DNA from: an uncultured Gammaproteobacteria bacterium
GTDB lineage: Bacteria; Patescibacteriota; Microgenomatia; UBA12405
NCBI GenBank assembly: GCA_964605545.1
Contig: CAZSCX010000002.1
Coordinates: 1 to 47,782, forward strand
Reading direction: 5' to 3'
Length of the DNA stretch: 47,782 bases
Shown here: positions 7,607 through 15,170 of the stretch, piece after piece
How positions within the stretch are numbered: the stretch's first letter is position 1
Layout of the letters: every line of letters begins with the position of its first letter
Program-made: the position numbers and the translations under genes
Notes under the pieces: model-generated
Database searches by the model: none
Told to the model about the DNA's origin: nothing
Seen by the model: the letters and a program-made list of their open reading frames with translations, nothing else

Positions 7607-9276
7607 TATTTAAGGATAGCATAAATACGACGTTTTCCACTACCTGCCGACTCTTCTTTTTGAATTTTGAAAATTCCCAAGCTATTTGTATTGACAACAT
7701 GAGGACCGGTACATATTTCTTTACTAAAATCCCCAATAGTATAAACACTGACGATTTCAGGATATTTGTGACCAAAAAAAGCAAGAGCACCTGTTTTTTT
7801 GGCATCTTCTAAACTCATTTCTTCCTTTGATATTGGTAAATTTGATTTAATTACTTCATTTACAAGAGTTTCAATGGCACAAATCTGATCGGGATTCAAT
7901 TTTTGATCATAATTAAAGTCGAAACGAAGTCTTTCAGCAGTAATATTTGAACCAGCTTGTGAAACACTATTACCTAAAATTTGCCTCAATGCGGCGTGGA
8001 GAATATGAGTGGTAGTGTGATATTTAATTATGATTTCGGATGAATTTTCAAGACCACTTTTGAATTCCCCCACTTTTAGAGTTTTGGAAACTTCTTGGTG
8101 ATCTTTTAGGGCTTTTTCAAATTCATCATGATTAATTTTTTGACCGAGTTCTTCTTCAATTAATTCGAGTGGAAAACCAAAACTTTCATAAATTTTAAAT
8201 GCTTTAAAACCGTCAATATCTTTTGTTTTTCTGAGTTCTTTAAGACCTAGTTCCAAAGTTAATTTAAATTTATTTTCTTCGGCTTCCAAAATTTTTAGAA
8301 TATTTGGATTATTTAATTCTGGGTAAATACCAGCATAATTATCTTGATTATCGATAACTGATTGGGCAATTTCCAATAAAGAATTAACATTCAATTTTTT
8401 GGCAACACGCAAGGATTTACGAATTAAACGGCGTAAAACGTAACCGCGTTCTTTGTTACTGGGCTCGACTCCGTCGGCAATGATGAAAACAGAAGCCTTT
8501 ATATGATCGGCGATTAACCTCATCGACTTTTTGTCATCAATATATTTTTTGCCGCTTAATTGCTCAATTTTTTTGATAATCGGCAACCAAATATCAGTGA
8601 GATAATTATCGTCTAAGTGATTTAACATAGCGAGAGTGCGCTCGACACCCATACCTGTATCGACATTTTTGTAGCCCAAATCTTTATAATTTCCCTTGCC
8701 ATCGGTGTATTGATCCATAAAAACATCATTCCAAATTTCAACTAAATTTCCCTGTTTATCGGGAATAAACATTTCGGTATCAGGGCCGCAAGGACCATCA
8801 ATTCCTCCCCTCTCCCACCAATTATCAGATTTATCCAAAATTCGAATCCTATCATCACTAATTTCTAGGTTCTTCCAAATTTCTAAACTTTCTTTGTCGT
8901 CTTTGTAAACAGTAACATTAATAATATTTGGATTGTAATTTAAGACTTTGGTAAGAAATTCATACGACCAAAGAATTGTTTCTTTCTTAAAATAATCGTT
9001 TAAAGACCAGTTTCCCAACATTTCGAAAAAAGTATGATGGACGGTATCGCCTACGCTATCTATATCTCCTGTTCTAAGGCATTTTTGAACATTGACTAGT
9101 CTTTTTCCGAGGGGATGCTTCTCCCCCATTAGATAAGGGACAAGGGGGTGCATACCAGCGCTTATGAAAAGCGTTGAGGAGTCGTTGTCGGGAACTAAAG
9201 GAGATGAAGGAATTTCGACATGTTGTTTCTCGACAAAAAATTTAATATATTTTTCTTTTAATTCCCTCGCATTCAT
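7606..9276 (-). CDS. alaS: Alanine--tRNA ligase, compact 556-aa form (catalytic plus editing-type HxxxH region, no C-Ala domain)
   Basis: N-terminus MNARELKEKYIKFFVEKQHVEIPSSPLVP, FISAGMHP, and HTTTHILHAALRQILG (the editing/second-additional-domain HxxxH motif). Confidence 0.92.
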   Translation of the reverse strand: MNARELKEKYIKFFVEKQHVEIPSSPLVPDNDSSTLFISAGMHPLVPYLMGEKHPLGKRLVNVQKCLRTGDIDSVGDTVHHTFFEMLGNWSLNDYFKKETILWSYEFLTKVLNYNPNIINVTVYKDDKESLEIWKNLEISDDRIRILDKSDNWWERGGIDGPCGPDTEMFIPDKQGNLVEIWNDVFMDQYTDGKGNYKDLGYKNVDTGMGVERTLAMLNHLDDNYLTDIWLPIIKKIEQLSGKKYIDDKKSMRLIADHIKASVFIIADGVEPSNKERGYVLRRLIRKSLRVAKKLNVNSLLEIAQSVIDNQDNYAGIYPELNNPNILKILEAEENKFKLTLELGLKELRKTKDIDGFKAFKIYESFGFPLELIEEELGQKINHDEFEKALKDHQEVSKTLKVGEFKSGLENSSEIIIKYHTTTHILHAALRQILGNSVSQAGSNITAERLRFDFNYDQKLNPDQICAIETLVNEVIKSNLPISKEEMSLEDAKKTGALAFFGHKYPEIVSVYTIGDFSKEICTGPHVVNTNSLGIFKIQKEESAGSGKRRIYAILK

Positions 9277-9281
9277 AAGGA

Positions 9282-9290
9282 ATTATAGCA
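9282..9290 (-). promoter_or_regulatory. Extended -10 promoter TGcTATAAT, 5 nt upstream of the alaS ATG (leaderless pattern)
   Basis: The minus strand reads cctgcTATAATtccttATG. Confidence 0.45.
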
Positions 9291-9316
9291 GGAAAATATT
9301 GTATTATATTTTGATT

Positions 9317-10183
9317 TTACTTAGTAAGAATAAAGGTTGTTATCTCTTTTTGTTCATCGACATTCATAGAATTAATTTCACGATTAGGCACACTTCTTTT
9401 GGTAAATTGGTCTATGTCTTTTCTTCTAAAAAATGAAAGAGTTGGTCTATATTGAATTTGGCTAAAATTATTACTAGTTAAGTTAAGTTTTTTTATTTCT
9501 TGATTATGTTCAATATCAATAAATTTTCCACCTGGCTTTAAAATACGATAAACTTCGGCAATCATTTTTTTCTTGGCCTCAAAATTGCCTAAATTTTGAT
9601 TATTTTCAATCATACCTAAAATGAAATTGGCTTGAATGAGGTCAAAGGAATTATCTGAAAAATTTTTTTTCATATCAGTAGCATCAACTTGACTAAAGAA
9701 TTTTTCTTTAAGAAATTCTGGATTAGGATCGATATCGATAATTTTGCATTGAGCATGAGGGTAAATGGATTTAACTCCGGCTAAATATTCCTTCATAGTT
9801 TCTTCGTAAAGACAGCCTATTAATAAAGATTTGTAGGGTAAATTTTTATTGGAAAAGGCTTCCTGTAAAATTGGAATGTAAGTGGGATAGAAAAAACCAT
9901 AAGTATTGGTTTCTGAAATTACGTTATTATACTCCTCTAGCAAAAGGTCTAACTTAAAAAAATTTCTGTCAAAAGGACGATGCCCATCAAGAGTATCGTA
10001 TATATTGAGTGTTGTATCAAAATGTAAATTTTGATTTTTTAGATAAAGTTTATTGTTCCAGTAAGTTACCACTGATTCTATATCGTTGGTTGGTTTTTTG
10101 TAGAGATTGGAAATAGAAGAGATCACTCGTTTTTTACAAGCGATATCACTCTCAGACATAATAAATCCCGTTTCTTTACTCAT
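9317..10183 (-). CDS. Putative class I SAM-dependent methyltransferase-fold protein (atypical motif I)
   Basis: KIIDIDPNPE, VDATDM, FDLIQANF and ILKPGGKFIDIE resemble Rossmann methyltransferase motifs II to post-III. The glycine-rich motif I is degenerate (LLIGCLYEE). Confidence 0.55.
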   Translation of the reverse strand: MSKETGFIMSESDIACKKRVISSISNLYKKPTNDIESVVTYWNNKLYLKNQNLHFDTTLNIYDTLDGHRPFDRNFFKLDLLLEEYNNVISETNTYGFFYPTYIPILQEAFSNKNLPYKSLLIGCLYEETMKEYLAGVKSIYPHAQCKIIDIDPNPEFLKEKFFSQVDATDMKKNFSDNSFDLIQANFILGMIENNQNLGNFEAKKKMIAEVYRILKPGGKFIDIEHNQEIKKLNLTSNNFSQIQYRPTLSFFRRKDIDQFTKRSVPNREINSMNVDEQKEITTFILTK

Positions 10184-10189
10184 TTGGGT

Positions 10190-10198
10190 ATTATATCA
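10190..10198 (-). promoter_or_regulatory. Extended -10 promoter TGaTATAAT, 6 nt upstream of ATG 10183 (leaderless pattern)
   Basis: The minus strand reads tatgaTATAATacccaaATG. Confidence 0.45.
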
Positions 10199-10219
10199 TA
10201 TTATGGGATATATTTCAAG

Positions 10220-10474
10220 CTATTTTCGAGGTTTGAGGAAGGTTTTGGGGACGGAATGGGGTTCTTTTGGTTCGGAGTGACGAGAGGGTTTTTCGAAATC
10301 TTTGAGTTTGTTGATAAATTTGCCAACCGCTTCAAACAGATTGGAAACGGTAGAAACAATGCCGGTAACTTTTTTGACATCTTTTAAAATACTGATGACA
10401 TAGATGCCAACGATAACAATAATGGTAGTAATAGCGAGAAGGCTAATTATAATGACAATTTGGGTTATATCCAT
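10220..10474 (-). CDS. Small membrane protein (84 aa; one N-terminal TM segment plus a helical tail), unknown function
   Basis: The segment IVIIISLLAITTIIVIVGIYVISIL is followed by a charged helical region. The family is not firmly recognised. Confidence 0.6.
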   Translation of the reverse strand: MDITQIVIIISLLAITTIIVIVGIYVISILKDVKKVTGIVSTVSNLFEAVGKFINKLKDFEKPSRHSEPKEPHSVPKTFLKPRK

Positions 10475-10480
10475 ATGTTT

Positions 10481-10486
10481 AGTATA
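10481..10486 (-). promoter_or_regulatory. Putative -10 box TATACT, 6 nt upstream of ATG 10474
   Basis: The minus strand reads ggggtTATACTaaacatATG. Confidence 0.3.
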
Positions 10487-10494
10487 ACCCCAGT

Positions 10495-11094
10495 TTACTT
10501 AAAAACAAAGTCTTGTTTGGAAGTTTTGTTGCTGGGTGAAAAAGCTTCAACCACTATTTTGTTATCCTTGGGAGGATAAGGGATGATTTTTGAGAAATGC
10601 CCATCATTTTTGACAACAACCAGATCACCATTAATGCGAACAGTAGAATCATAATTGGTGTTACCACTGATTTCAATTTCTTGACTTGTAACCGGTAGTT
10701 CAGGCCAATTAACTTTTAGCGGTGGAGGGGAATTAAATTGATAATATTCAAAAACCAAATAGGCAATAAAAAGGAAAATGCCGGTATAGATTGCAAAACC
10801 AAAAGTGAACTGAGGAGTAAAACTAAATTTTGGACGGCGAATATTGATGGGTTTGTTTTTAACATCAAAGTCACGATGAAATAAAGAGAGGATATAATCA
10901 CCGTTCAATCCTAAAAAAACAGCATAATCTTTGACCATCAAAGAACAATATGGTTCTGAAGGAAAATTCTTTTTGTCTTCGTTTTCAAAAGCTTCTAAAT
11001 ATTTTTGAGGAATTTTTATTTTTTGAGAAATTTCGGCAACAGTAAAATCCTTATCAAGACGAGCAGTCTGTAAAATATTTGAGGCGCGATACAT
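10495..11094 (-). CDS. RodZ-like HTH/transmembrane cytoskeleton-associated protein
   Basis: An N-terminal XRE-type HTH (FTVAEISQKIKIPQKYLEAFENED) is followed by one TM segment and a beta-rich extracytoplasmic domain, which is the RodZ architecture. Confidence 0.7.
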   Translation of the reverse strand: MYRASNILQTARLDKDFTVAEISQKIKIPQKYLEAFENEDKKNFPSEPYCSLMVKDYAVFLGLNGDYILSLFHRDFDVKNKPINIRRPKFSFTPQFTFGFAIYTGIFLFIAYLVFEYYQFNSPPPLKVNWPELPVTSQEIEISGNTNYDSTVRINGDLVVVKNDGHFSKIIPYPPKDNKIVVEAFSPSNKTSKQDFVFK

Positions 11095-11096
11095 AA

Positions 11097-13211
11097 TTAG
11101 AATTCAGGCGAATTAGCAGGTTTGTTATGAGGAATGAGAATATCGCGGGGTTTCGCACCCTTGGAAGGACCGATAATACCGGCTTTTTCTAGTTGATCGA
11201 TAACCCTGGCAGCTCTGGCATAACCAAGTCTAAGACGACGTTGTAAAAAGGAGGAAGAGGCTTGACCGCTTTCGGCAATAGCAGCAACAGCATCATCAAA
11301 AAGTTTATCACGATCTTCCCCACCGATAGAAACAATATTTTTACTGGTAGTGTTTTTGCTGGTAATAGGTTGAGAAGTAATTTCTAAATTATATTCTGGT
11401 TTACGTTGAGCTTTAATGAAATTTAATAGAGTATCTCTTTCTTTGTCGGAAACAAAACAACCTTGGACACGAATTGGTTTGGCCAATTCTGGGGGAATAT
11501 AAAGCATGTCTCCCCTGCCTAACAACTTTTCGGCTCCAGGTAAATCTAAAATAACCCGAGAATCCATCATTGAAGTGACGGCAAAAGCCATACGTGCAGG
11601 AATATTGGCTTTGATGAGACCAGTGATAACGTTGACCGAAGGACGTTGGGTAGCCAAAATTAAATGGATACCAACAGCTCTAGCTTTTTGAGCGATACGA
11701 CAAATAGCTTCTTCGACCTCGGTTGGTGCGGTCATCATTATGTCGGCAAGTTCATCGATAATAATTAGGATGTAGGGCATTTGGACAAAACCGGATTTGT
11801 CGTTGAAAGCTTCAATATTGCGAACACCGGCTTCGGTTAAATCTTTATAGCGACGCTCCATTTCTACAACAGCCCATTTTAGAGCAGAAACTACTTCATT
11901 CGGATCAGTAATAACCGGTTGTAATAAATGAGGAATGTTGTCATAACAACTTAGTTCGACTCTTTTGGGATCAACTAAAATTAATTTAACTTCTTCCGGC
12001 GAGGCTCGATAAAGCAAGGTAGTAATCCAAGAATTAATACAAACAGATTTACCGGAACCGGTCTGACCAGCAATCAAGACATGGGGCATTTTGGCAATAT
12101 CGGCAATTTTTGATTTACCGGCAACATCAAGTCCAAGAGGGACGGCGATTTTTGATTTGGCCTGTTTCATTGAATCTGATTCCAAAATGGAACGAATGGG
12201 AACGACTTGAAGACTATGATTGGGTACCTCAATACCTACGTAAGAACGACCGGGAATTGGAGCTTCGACACGAATCTGACCACCAGGAGCAGCCAAGGCC
12301 ATAGCCAAATCGTTACTTAATGAAAGAATTTTGGCCAATTTAGTACCCAAGGCAACCTCTAGAGCATATTGGGTAACAGAAGGACTGTCGTTAATTTCAA
12401 CAACTTTGGCTGTAATACCAAATGAATCAAGGGTGTCTTCGATGGTTTTGGCATTTTTGGAAACATTACCTCGATCGGCCGGAGCACCCTGATTATTATC
12501 AAAAATAGAAATAGGAGGATATTGCCAGATCTGATTGTTGTTGTTTAAACCGAGAGGTTTATTGACATCAGGTTTAAAAACTGGAGGGATATTTAAAATA
12601 TTGTCGTCGACAGTTTCTTTTTCGATCTCCAAAGACTGTTGTTTGGGAAGATTTTTAGCAGCTAGTTTTGGAATAATTTTACCCCTATTTCTGGGAATTT
12701 TTAGACCGTCACCAAGAGTATATTTTTTGATTGTTTTGAAAATGCGACTAATAAATTTAATCAACTGGACGACATTGGTGTCAAAAAGAATGACAAAACC
12801 GGCAATTAAACAAGAAGAATAAACAATAATACTAATGGCGTTGCCAAGTGGGTTTAGCAATAAATCCCATAGGTATTTACCGGCAAGACCAGCTTTAAAA
12901 AGAGAGATAAGGGAAATAAAAGAAATAACAAAACCAATAAAAATATTTGGTTCCTTAAGTGGAAATTTGGCTTTAACAAAAAGAAAAGCAATTAAAAGTA
13001 AAAGGAAAGGAACTAAAATAGAGAAAAAGCCAAAATAATTTTGAAGGGTAAGACTAATTTGAAGAGGCACCGGCCCAAGCTCTAAAAAGGAAAAAATTGA
13101 AACAACGGCAAGAAGTAAAAAAATAAGAAAAAGAATGGTATGAAAAGTCTCTGTTTTGAGACGAAAAAAAGCGAGAAATCTTCGTTTTCTTTTTCTACCT
13201 CGTTTTGCCAT
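11097..13211 (-). CDS. ftsK: DNA translocase FtsK/SpoIIIE
   Basis: N-terminal TM segments, Walker A GQTGSGKSV, Walker B IIIDELAD, and a C-terminal gamma winged helix (FLQRRLRLGYARAARVIDQLE). Confidence 0.92.
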   Translation of the reverse strand: MAKRGRKRKRRFLAFFRLKTETFHTILFLIFLLLAVVSIFSFLELGPVPLQISLTLQNYFGFFSILVPFLLLLIAFLFVKAKFPLKEPNIFIGFVISFISLISLFKAGLAGKYLWDLLLNPLGNAISIIVYSSCLIAGFVILFDTNVVQLIKFISRIFKTIKKYTLGDGLKIPRNRGKIIPKLAAKNLPKQQSLEIEKETVDDNILNIPPVFKPDVNKPLGLNNNNQIWQYPPISIFDNNQGAPADRGNVSKNAKTIEDTLDSFGITAKVVEINDSPSVTQYALEVALGTKLAKILSLSNDLAMALAAPGGQIRVEAPIPGRSYVGIEVPNHSLQVVPIRSILESDSMKQAKSKIAVPLGLDVAGKSKIADIAKMPHVLIAGQTGSGKSVCINSWITTLLYRASPEEVKLILVDPKRVELSCYDNIPHLLQPVITDPNEVVSALKWAVVEMERRYKDLTEAGVRNIEAFNDKSGFVQMPYILIIIDELADIMMTAPTEVEEAICRIAQKARAVGIHLILATQRPSVNVITGLIKANIPARMAFAVTSMMDSRVILDLPGAEKLLGRGDMLYIPPELAKPIRVQGCFVSDKERDTLLNFIKAQRKPEYNLEITSQPITSKNTTSKNIVSIGGEDRDKLFDDAVAAIAESGQASSSFLQRRLRLGYARAARVIDQLEKAGIIGPSKGAKPRDILIPHNKPANSPEF

Positions 13212-14409
13212 ATTTCAGTATAACATCATCAAAAGACATTATGCTGATATTAGTGCTGTTTCGTTCTTTCACTTCAATACCGCCGCTTTGTAAACTTTTT
13301 TCGGAAACAACAAGTCTGACAGGAATACCAATTAGATCGGCGGTAGCAAATTTAACACCAGCAGAAATATCTTCACGATCATCAAAAAGAACATCATTTT
13401 CGTTTAACAAATGATAGATTTCTTCAGCTTTAGGATCTAAACCAATTAAATGAAATTTAAAAGGAGCAACAGAATTAGGCCAAATAATACCTTTGTCATC
13501 ATTGAAAACTTCAACAAGAGTACCCATAATTCGACTTGGACCAATACCATAACAACCCATGACTATTTCGTCCAAATCACCATCGGGTGAGGCAACTTTG
13601 AAACCAAAGGCGTTGGTAAATTTTGTGCCAAGTTTAAAAATATTGCCGGTTTCGATAGCTTTCTTTTCGACCAATTCTTTGTTACCACATTCTGGACAAA
13701 CAGACAATTCTTCGATTAATTCTTGATTAATAGCAACATTACATTTTTGGCAAACATGAATTGTATCTTCTCCGGTATTACAAATAGTTTGAAATTCATG
13801 TGAATATTTACTAAAAGAACCTCCTGAAGCATAGGTTAAAAGAGTCTCTTTGCCTATACCAAGGCGGTCGAATATTTTTTTGTAGGCGGTAATTATTTCA
13901 TTGTAATATTTGTCTAAATCTTCGTTGTGAAGATGAAAAGAATATAAATCTTTCATGTTAAATTCCCTGCCTCGCAATAATCCAGATTTAGCTCTTGGCT
14001 CATTTCTAAATTTTTCTTGAATTTGATAGACGGCGGTAGGAAGATCTTTATAAGAAAAAACATATTTTTGAACAAGCGGAGTGATGATTTCTTCGTGTGT
14101 AGGATTGAGAACCATATTGTTTAAAACAAAAAGAATTTCGGCCATTGATTTATCACGACCGGTTTTTTGCCAAGATTCCAAAGGTGACAAAACCGGCATC
14201 AAAATTTCCTGGCCACCGGCGGCGTCAATTTCTTCACGAATAATTTGTTGAATTTTTTGGAGTACTTTTAGACCTAGGGGTAAAAAGCTGTAAATACCGG
14301 ACATTTCTTTGTTGATAAATCCGGCTTGGGTTAAAAGTTTGGCATTGATGCTATCGACATCCGAAGGAATATTTTTACTGGTTTTGCCGAAAAGTTTTGA
14401 GTAACGCAT
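13195..14409 (-). CDS. proS: Proline--tRNA ligase, bacterial type, with the INS editing domain deleted (404 aa)
   Basis: N-terminus MRYSKLFGKTSKNIPSDVDSINAKLLTQAGFI, motif 2 FRNEPRAKSGLLRGREFNMKD, motif 3 GCYGIGPSR, and an anticodon-binding C-terminus. Confidence 0.9.
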   Translation of the reverse strand: MRYSKLFGKTSKNIPSDVDSINAKLLTQAGFINKEMSGIYSFLPLGLKVLQKIQQIIREEIDAAGGQEILMPVLSPLESWQKTGRDKSMAEILFVLNNMVLNPTHEEIITPLVQKYVFSYKDLPTAVYQIQEKFRNEPRAKSGLLRGREFNMKDLYSFHLHNEDLDKYYNEIITAYKKIFDRLGIGKETLLTYASGGSFSKYSHEFQTICNTGEDTIHVCQKCNVAINQELIEELSVCPECGNKELVEKKAIETGNIFKLGTKFTNAFGFKVASPDGDLDEIVMGCYGIGPSRIMGTLVEVFNDDKGIIWPNSVAPFKFHLIGLDPKAEEIYHLLNENDVLFDDREDISAGVKFATADLIGIPVRLVVSEKSLQSGGIEVKERNSTNISIMSFDDVILKYGKTR

Positions 14410-14410
14410 A

Positions 14411-14530
14411 TTAAATTATTTTTCTAATTTTAAAGGTATTGCCGATTTTGCCTTTGCCAAAATTTTTCATTTGGTTTTGGGTATTTTGACGAAACTGTTG
14501 CATTAAATTTTTGATGTTATTGTCGGTCAT
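14411..14530 (-). CDS. Candidate 39-codon small ORF (MTDNNIKNLMQQFRQNTQNQMKNFGKGKIGNTFKIRKII)
   Basis: Below the track threshold. The ATG is 4 nt after the toxin stop and the TAA is 1 nt before the proS ATG. A TATAAT lies 7 nt upstream of its ATG. It may instead be a proS leader. Confidence 0.3.
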   Translation of the reverse strand: MTDNNIKNLMQQFRQNTQNQMKNFGKGKIGNTFKIRKII

Positions 14531-14534
14531 ATAG

Positions 14535-14831
14535 CTAATTATACACTTTTTTGCTACCAGAATGACTACCGATATTGAGTAATAAAATAATTAATTTGTC
14601 ATCAGGGCCAAAATTCCAAATAATCCTGATATCGCCGGTTACCCGTGAACTCCAATTGGTTTTGTAAATTCTGGCGTTGACTTTGTGACTTAATAGTTTT
14701 GAATCAAAAGGATTATTTTGTAATATTTTTAGAGTTTGTATAATTTTGTCACCTAATTTACGGTCTTTTTTGATTAATTTCTTAACAGATAAAGAAAAAT
14801 ATTTGGTATAAATGAGTTGGTATCGGTTCAT
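14535..14831 (-). CDS. Type II toxin, RelE/ParE superfamily (YafQ-like mRNA interferase)
   Basis: 98 aa. VTGDIRIIWNF...LIILLLNIGSHS matches the RelE/YafQ core (RxxY/W-strand...GxHS). There is a 4-nt ATGA overlap with the upstream antitoxin. Confidence 0.8.
   Translation of the reverse strand: MNRYQLIYTKYFSLSVKKLIKKDRKLGDKIIQTLKILQNNPFDSKLLSHKVNARIYKTNWSSRVTGDIRIIWNFGPDDKLIILLLNIGSHSGSKKVYN
14538..14543 (-). promoter_or_regulatory. Putative -10 box TATAAT inside the 3' end of the toxin gene, 7 nt upstream of ATG 14530
   Basis: The minus strand reads agtgTATAATtagctatATG. Confidence 0.35.
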
Positions 14832-15127
14832 TTTTGACCAAACAATTTCTTAATTGATGCTGGAGAATCAAGATCTAGGGCAAAATAATTACCTTTGGCT
14901 AAATCTTGATAAGATTTGCCCAGTTCGACAATTTCTTTTTTTGACATCACAGGTATTTTTTCTAAATCTAAATCAAGAGGAATGCTTTTTTTGAGTCTAA
15001 CTTGGGTTAAAAACATTTTGATTGCTTGCGATAAAGTAATTCCTAAGTTATCTAAAATTTTAGTAACATCGTTTTTTAAGTCAGCTTCGACTCTGACATT
15101 GATTATTTCGCTTGAAATATTGGTCAT
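14828..15127 (-). CDS. Type II antitoxin, RelB/DinJ family (ribbon-helix-helix)
   Basis: INVRVEADLKNDVTKILDNLGITLSQAIKMFLTQV is a typical DinJ/RelB N-terminal RHH. The gene lies immediately upstream of the toxin. Confidence 0.85.
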   Translation of the reverse strand: MTNISSEIINVRVEADLKNDVTKILDNLGITLSQAIKMFLTQVRLKKSIPLDLDLEKIPVMSKKEIVELGKSYQDLAKGNYFALDLDSPASIKKLFGQK

Positions 15128-15132
15128 AATTT

Positions 15133-15161
15133 ATTGTAGTACATTGTATATACATTGTCAA
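15133..15161 (-). promoter_or_regulatory. Consensus promoter TTGACA-N17-TACAAT of the TA operon with an embedded palindrome and phased repeats (likely operator); the ATG is 5 nt after the -10
   Basis: The minus strand reads TTGACA (15161-15156), a 17-nt spacer, TACAAT (15138-15133), aaatt, then ATG (15127). The spacer holds the perfect palindrome TGTATATACA (15145-15154) and two TACATTGT repeats spaced 11 bp apart (plus-strand 15140-15147 and 15151-15158). Confidence 0.65.
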
Positions 15162-15170
15162 TACACCAAA

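Noticed and set aside
14410-14534. Possible T-box riboswitch leader upstream of proS (also considered for alaS at 9277-9316)
   Set aside because: The gaps of 125 nt and 40 nt are too short, and I see no T-box consensus (AGAGA / GGUGG..ACCGCG-like terminal box) or specifier-loop architecture.
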